DNA from: Antedon mediterranea
Lineage: Eukaryota; Animalia; Echinodermata
Direction: 5' to 3'
Length of the DNA: 64,000 bases
Assembly (NCBI RefSeq): GCF_964355755.1
Contig: NC_092680.1
Location: 18,051,045-18,115,044, forward strand
Shown here: positions 42,443-64,000 of the stretch, piece after piece
Numbering within the stretch: the stretch's first letter is position 1
Layout: each line of letters begins with the position of its first letter
Position numbers and translations under genes: made by a program
The notes under the pieces: model-generated
What the model saw: only the letters and a program-made list of their open reading frames with translations
Told to the model about the DNA's origin: nothing
Databases searched by the model: none

Positions 42443-42605
42443 AGCTCAGTCTACACTATCGAACTGGTTTGACAAAAAAAAGTGTGATTTGCCCAAATAT
42501 GGTAGTGAAATTCCCAAATAGGGTAGTGATATGACATCATCATGTCCATATTTGGGCAAATCAAACATTTTTTTTTCAAACTAGTTCGATAGTGTAGACT
42601 GAGCT
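42443..42605. mobile_element. MITE family A
   Basis: Both TIRs, TTA TSD. Confidence 0.9.
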
Positions 42606-42641
42606 TTAGAGACAGACTATCTCCTAACTACATGGTTTTAA

Positions 42642-42845
42642 CATGGAGTACAATCCATTTGGGCACGCTCACCCTGGCCTGTATAAATACCTGTGTACAA
42701 TAAGATTAGAGCAATATCAAATGAAATTTACTGGTAATTGAATACTAGGGCAGATCCGAGCCTGGTGGAGAGGTAACGAATACCTATTTCACACTGGGGC
42801 GTTATCACCAGCATTTTGTATGGTGTGAGCCACAGTGTCTCCATA
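42642..42845. mobile_element. Putative P-superfamily MITE
   Basis: GTTTTAA|CATGGAG ... CTCCATA|GTTTTAC (6/7 TSD match). Confidence 0.45.
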
Positions 42846-43662
42846 GTTTTACTAGGTGATGTTACCCTGCTCCAACCATGAAATCTGTCCCTTTAAAAAA
42901 TACATTCACATGTAAATAATCATATTATGTGCGATTTATATTGAATTACGATTTTATAGTTGAGATGAATCATGATTGAATAAAGTTCATTTGAATACAA
43001 CTGTCTTTTTAAGATAAAAATGCAACTGTGAATGTTGAATTATTGATTAATTATATTTATTTTTAATGTTAAAGATATATTGTCCCCCTAAACAAATATT
43101 TTGTTGAATATGCCAATTTTTAATGTCTGAAAAAAAAAATAAATATTGTTTTTTACCTGAATTATTTTAACAGAAGTGAATAACTTTATCAAAACTGCAA
43201 AATGGCCTATTTAAAGTCTGATTTTATCAATCCTCATTTTTCATGTTTTTGGGAGACAATACATCTTTAATAAAAAAAAGACTGCTAAATATAATAACGT
43301 TATTAGTTATTTAAAAAATAAAACTGGTAGGTCTAAAATGATTTAAAGATGTCTATTTGGTAGGCATATCATTGAAAAATGTTTACTTACGCATTATTAC
43401 TTTAGAAATAATAGTATAGGGATTTCAATGCCTGGAACATAGACATGATTATAGTTTCTAAAATTCTCAAAATTGAAAGAGGTTGTTCTTAACTAGAGTG
43501 TCCATACATCCGAAAGAAAATTCTAAAATTATGCTACAACACATGATAATATTCACGCAGATCTACCGTATTGGCCATCAATTTTTGCTGAGCCACGGAA
43601 TTGATTATTTATCTAGGGGTTAAAATAATTATTTAGAGGCTAATCATTATATATAGTCATTA

Positions 43663-43701
43663 GGAGAATCATGGAGGTATAATATACCTCCATGGGAGAA
43701 T
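43663..43701. mobile_element. P-element-type excision footprint or minimal element
   Basis: GGAGAAT|CATGGAGGTATA-A-TATACCTCCATG|GGAGAAT. Confidence 0.72.
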
Positions 43702-45554
43702 ACAGTATAATCAATGAATTAGAGTGATTTCGATATTTCACATTGAATTCCATTTTACATTAAAAAAAGAAATAGTAATTAATAAGTTATAATTTGGTCA
43801 TTTTACATCTGTAGTTGTTTTAATTTTCTTACTTTATATACATACAGTAGTTCTATGAATTTGTTTGTCCTAATTAATTCAAACAAAATTGATAATTATT
43901 TTACATGAAGTATGCTTTAAATACATTGAATAGAAAATGTCTACAGTCCTTATAAATCATTTACATTCTCATGAATATTCATTATTTAAATTATTGTCTT
44001 ATGAATATGCAATCACTGTTATTGTTTCAATCATACTCTCATGGATATTCCATCAATGTTAAATCGTAAATATTCAAATACAACCACATGTATGTTTCAT
44101 AATTTCAATTATACTGTAGCCTCATGAATATTCATTCACTATTGTTAAAATACATTCATTTATTGATTTTAATTTACATCCTCATGAATATTCATTATTG
44201 AAATTATAGTCTCATGAATATTCATTTACTATTGTTACATACATTAATCTATTTAATTTACATTCTCATGAATATTTAAATACTATGCTTATTTTGTTAA
44301 TTTGTACAATTACAAGGTAATACACTATTCAATAGCAAGGTAATCAAAATCAGCAACAGAAGAAAAACTGAAATTAGGCATGATCTAGATTTTGGAGCGT
44401 TAATTGTAGATAATTAAAATAGAGCAAAACTTAAAAAACAAATAACTTTATCAATTATTTATAGTCTCAGTTCTTTATATAGTAGTAAATTCTATTTAGA
44501 ATTTAGAATAACAAATACAATTAATGTCAGTTTAACCAATGAGTTTTCCAGATGATATGAAATAAAGAAAAATAATTTATTTTGAAAGATATATAGTTGG
44601 AAAAAAAAAGAATGGAAAGACAATAGTAAGTACAAATAATGCTTTGTAACAAAGCTAATAGGACAGTACACCACATACATTATATTATGGCAAACTCTAG
44701 CGTTTGCATCTTCTATATATAAGTTGTCATTAAAAAAATTGTAAACAACATACAATTAGAACAACACAGATATTTTTTTTTGTCATTTACATAATTTATG
44801 CAGATATATACAGTTAAATTCTTCTTGCCATCAAAATCTTGTCGTTCTTTTTTTCAGTGCAAAATAAAAGAACATTAAAAGATCCACCATTTGTTGGAGT
44901 TCCGATAATCTAGGCTGACATGGAGCTAAAGCGTGTTGAGGATAACTGTCACCTTGTGGATAAAATAATACTTAATTGATTTGCGTTATACATTCTTCAA
45001 TATCACATCATATCCGTCAGGAAAAACGAATTAACCCTTTCTCGGTATTTGCATGGTAACCAATCCACCGTCTCCATTCCTTCGTGCAGTTCCTTAGCCT
45101 GTCACGGCATGCAGGCAGATTCAAACGGATATTTTCATTCCGATTCCTAGGGTTTGTACATGTATAACAGTTGTGTTTTGTGTTTTCATATATTCTCCTT
45201 AATAAACTGGTATGTCATACCATCGAACGCACCCCTGCTAATACTGTATATACAAATAACACATGGTCACGTTTGTATGTGATGGCAGAATACACTACAG
45301 GTAATGAATATCGGATTATCTCTCTCTGTCATCATTGCTCAGTCAAAGGTCAACATAGGTCAAAAATCAAAAGAAATATAGAACAGACCGTATATTATAT
45401 ATTTTCAGACAACTTTACTCGCGCATCCTAAAGCAAGTTTTTAAACCGTTATACAGTAAACATCTTCCGGGTAATTAAAGTAACATGATCAATAATGGCA
45501 CCGAATGATTTCCACAGTATTTGAAACATATGACAATATGTATTCTTGTCTCTA

Positions 45555-59721
<14,167 letters not shown>

Positions 59722-61031
59722 CTAGAAGAAAAATAAACCATTTAATTATTAAACCAAATCAAATTTATTCGTTAAAAAAAGCAATTTTCCTCTCAGCAAA
59801 TTAGGTCAATCACATATTTTCTTGAAAATGTTTCATATCAGCTTAATGGTATTAACTGTTTAGCAACTGCTTAATATTACGATATGAATAGAATCTATTC
59901 TGTAAGCAGGGCAAGTCCCAATTTCCTGTAGTACTAGTATTTAGTAGGGCATGATGTAATGCATGGCGAAAGTGAAATTAAATAATGTTACAGGTATTAA
60001 ATAAAGTGTAACAATTACAATAGTTAAATGTGAGTTACAAAGAATATACAAAATTATTAGACTGTAGAAAAAAGTTTTCTCCTGTTGAAGTTGAATTTGT
60101 CAGCAAGAATTACCACAATAAATCTGCTTTCAACTAGTATTAAAAATGGTATGAGAAAGTATAAAATAAACACCTTTTAGTCTAGGCCACACTAGACATT
60201 TTACTTTCCATTCAATTGGATTGATAAAGTATAAACTAATTATTCCTTTCTTTCTGTAAATGTACTCCACTACAGTGTTTGTCCCTTTGCAAAATTGTTA
60301 TGGACTATTTCGGTTGCGGTTTAGTCTTTCTTTTTAGTTTGTATTGTACAGCACTTAGAGGTTTCACAACATTACTGTAGGCACTTTATAAATCCAAGAT
60401 ATTATGTAAATATCATTATTTTCAAAATAGATAAATGTTTTTTTTAATTGCTGACATGCCGATGATAGATATGTCTATTTCAATTGTTGGTCAATTAGTA
60501 TTCGAATAGCAGTATGAGTTGAATAGGGGGAATATTTTCATGTGGAGCATAGTTGAATGGGACAGTCAGACTTTTAACGAATACAAAACATAAATCATTG
60601 TTTTTAAAATTAAATGTACTGTAAGTGCTATTTTAAAGCAAACTCATTATTCCATAGTATCCATTTTGAATCAAAATACACTACTGTAGGCTATCCAAAA
60701 AGGCGGCACTAGGCGTTTTGCGTCGGAGAAGTTTATACAATACACTCTGTAGGTGAGTTTTCAAATGTGCAATAGTCATACAGTTAATATACAGCAGTCT
60801 ACAGTATAGTCTCACTCACACATAAATCTTAAAATGTGTGCAAAACGTTACACACTGTACCATGCAACAATATCCTTAATATTCATGATATGAAATCAAC
60901 CAATCAAATGTTAAGAATACGCTTTTAATAGGTATGTTATAATAGTGTAATAATGTTTATTGTTAGGTTGTGTGATCAATGCACAACATACTGTATACAT
61001 GGTATGCATGTCATGATCATTGTAACACCTA

Positions 61032-61942
61032 GGCCCCGTTTCTGCTGCCAAAAATATACCGTATATACGGTATATTTTATATACGGTATATTTTTTGGCA
61101 GCAGAAATGGGTCTCATAAAAAATATACCGTATATATTTGCGGTATATATACTGCATAAATATCCCCATTGTTTGTGGATATTATACGGTATATTCCAAA
61201 ATATACCGTATATTTCGTTCCCCGTTTCTGCTGCACTCAAAATATACCGTAAATGTGACCCGACTCATGACACGAGGTCAAAAACTAACAGAGCGCGACG
61301 CGTTTGTTTTGGTTTTTCTGCTGCATTGAAAGTTGAAAAACACGTGTAAAAGCAAGCAACAGATAAAAATGTCACTGTGGACCGAACAAATCACTATTTT
61401 TGCAATTCAATTGTGGGGGGAAGCGAAAGTTGGGGGGAGACTGCATGGCAACAGAAGAGATACCGAGATTTTAATTACAATAAATCGAATGTTCTTACAC
61501 GACAACAACGTGATGTAAAATCATGGTAAAATACTGTATAATAGAAAATGGAAATTAAAACGGCAATATAGGATAATATAGCATAATATAAACTCAATTT
61601 GAATAACAGAGTTTATTTATAGTGACATTTCTAGATTGTGCTTGTATGTGCGGTGTAAATTCGTTGCCACTTCTGCTCATTAGATTTAAAATAGAAAGCA
61701 ATGCTACGACGTTTTGAGAAACCATCATTGTTTTTGTCAGCATGTACCGGTAGGTAAAAACCTCACTACACGAGGTCAATCCATACTTCCGTCTCACGAA
61801 ATGCATTTTGGGTAATGAAAGCCAACTTTTTTACAACCCACCCACGAAGTATGTGCAGCGGAAACGGTGCACGAATTTCATATACGGTATATATACGGTA
61901 TATTTATACGGTATATTTTGGGTTGGCAGCAGAAACGGGCCC
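61032..61942. mobile_element. Non-autonomous PIF/Harbinger element (911 bp) with Myb/SANT-like ORF relic
   Basis: CTA|GGCCCCGTTTCTGCTGCCAA ... TTGGCAGCAGAAACGGGCCC|CTA; subterminal ATATACCGTA repeats; relic 61369-61518. Confidence 0.85.
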
Positions 61943-62441
61943 CTATTGTACAATACGCTACAGCAGAAATCTAGTACATGTGGAAACATTCATTTCTTAA
62001 TTTGCAGGGACTGCCTCAAATTCGTTCGTTTCGTTCGTTTTTATTTCACAATGCATCAAACTTAATATTTTTACATAATAAGTATTAAATAAAAAAATGC
62101 AAAGCCTGGAAAAGACCAAATAAGCTCAATATAGAGCTTTAAGCCTGGTTTCACCAGTACAAAATACACTAATAATTGTATCAATTACAATAGACAATAA
62201 TTAAATATTAATTAAAGTAGTAGAAATAATATTATATTGTATTGTGCTGCATTATGCAGTCAAATACAAGCTTGGTGCATGGTCTTGTGGTATGAATACC
62301 AGACTAGTGATCTGAAGGTCTTGGGTACAAGTCACAGCCAAGAATCATACAGTACTCTCAACTACTTTGCAGTACAAAAGTATACGTCAGAGTAGGACAA
62401 ACATCTGACCAAGTATTTAAATTACTTACTAGTTAGTCTTA

Positions 62442-62725
62442 AGCTCTGTCTACACTATCAAACTAGTTTTATAAAAAAAGTGTGATGTGCCCAAATAAGG
62501 TAGTGATGCTAAAAAAGGTAGTGATATGACATCATCATGTCCATATATGGACACATTACATTTTTTTGTCACTGTACATAAAGTTTGATAATGTAGACAA
62601 AGCTTTAAGCTCTGTCTACACTATCAAACTAAAAAAATGTGAGTGCCCTATGGAAATGGTGATGCACTGTGGTACATCAGTACTTCACTTTTTTGTCAAA
62701 CTAGTTTGATAGTGTAGACAGAGCT
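62442..62725. mobile_element. Tandem dimer of MITE family A (62442-62604 and 62608-62725)
   Basis: TTA|A copy|TTA|A copy|TTA. Confidence 0.9.
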
Positions 62726-63254
62726 TTACATAAGATAAATACAGCATGAACATGTTTGTATATTGTTAGTCTTTACTGATGAAAATAGTTATCTCCATGC
62801 AAGAAAGGAAATAAGATAGGGTACAAAATGTTAGAGAAAAGTCCACAAAATGTCTGTGGCGTGGTGTAGTGTAGAGCTGTAGTGTACAGTAGAGCTGTAG
62901 TGTACAGTAGAGGTACAGACAGGTACAGTACGATAAGATCAAGCCTAATTATCTCAAGATCAATGGGTTTTTGTGATCTTTAAAATACAAGTAAACACTT
63001 AATTTTTCTCTTGAAAAATTTCAAACTAAAAAGTTTCAAATAAACAAGTTAAACAATAAAAAGACTGAGTATGTTTTTAAATTAAAAAATATCATTGACC
63101 AACATGCATTCTACAGTACTCCTGACGTCTCCGTTTATGGTACCCCAATTACTGTAGTGTAATGCCTAAAAAAAGAGAAAGAAATGGAATATGTGGGAGA
63201 AATAAAGGAAAATGCACCACGATGCTGGATTGGGATCATGCGGATATAACTTAC

Positions 63255-63356
63255 GTTCTCTCATTTTGCATTTATTTTCGTGTTGCATAGCAGCTAAGGT
63301 GAGACGGTCTAAGCCACTGCCTAAGGTATTAGCTCTCTCACAATTTGCTACACGGG
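63255..63356 (-). CDS. Candidate unique-domain exon of gene 2 (102 nt, phase 1-1)
   Basis: Polypyrimidine tract, CAG acceptor, open frame RVANCERANTLGSGLDRLTLAAMQHENKCKMRE, GTAAGT donor in phase with the SH3 exon; no homology support. Confidence 0.5.
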
Positions 63357-64000
63357 CTGGCAGCACCAATAGTGGAAAATTTAGAAAGAAAAAAGTATCA
63401 TCATATGCTGTATTTTGAAGTCAGTAGAGTAGTAAAAAAAAACCAGTGAGAAAGGTATGAATAGTGTTACTGTACATCTACTATAATTTGCCACATAAAA
63501 GAACAAACACAAACATGCTTTGATAAATAATGGTATTTATGTTGACATGTTCAATACAAATGTGATGTTGTATGTCAAGTTGAATATTCTTGATAGCGAG
63601 ACTGCAGAGAAAAAGAAAAATCAAAAGTACAGTCAGAGTAAAATAAGTCTCCCTTGAAACTGTTCGGTGTTCTCAGGGTGGCCTAGGGTGAGTGATAAAC
63701 AAGGGCAGCAACGGTATAAACATATTGGACATGGTATTCAAAACATTTGCAACATGAAATGTGCAATAACTGAACATGAACATAATATTTTATAGGCAAG
63801 ATTAACTAATGTACATTAGAAATTTACAGTTACTAAATAGTACGCATTGAGATCATTAATATTTTGTCCCACACAGTAAAGTATTGTTGATGACTGTATT
63901 GTGTTATTTTAAATCATTTGGTCATCGTTTTCGATTAGTTTGTGCACGGTCAAAATGATTGTGCCATTCAGTGACGTTTTGAAATGAGGTCAATTTGAGA

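Noticed and set aside
62268-62345. tRNA-like sequence
   Set aside because: A and B boxes are degenerate and no cloverleaf forms; at most a decayed SINE head

Overview
AT-rich animal (invertebrate-type) nuclear DNA; the species cannot be determined from the sequence. Positions 1-13.6 kb are a complex hairpin-containing satellite with a ~2.8-kb higher-order repeat, followed by a Helentron/DINE-1-like (HINE) element, a 194-bp palindromic array and a 22-bp minisatellite. The rest holds two tandem, minus-strand Src-family tyrosine kinase genes, reconstructed by hand from GT/AG sites and frame. Gene 1 is complete (9 coding exons, 22090-36182, 505 aa, MGNC N-terminus). Gene 2 is 5'-incomplete (10 clear exons, 45555-59721, plus a candidate exon at 63255-63356). 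Introns carry many PIF/Harbinger MITEs, Nin/Deu-type SINEs and other non-autonomous elements. Most notable observations: a 121-bp array that starts in the last codons of gene 1 and multiplies its polyadenylation signal; Tc1/mariner-type and P-type excision footprints visible directly in the sequence; two precise intron differences between the paralogues; unusual motif substitutions in gene 2; and a Harbinger deletion derivative with a Myb/trihelix-like relic. I found no convincing novel protein-coding system; most supplied ORFs are spurious.
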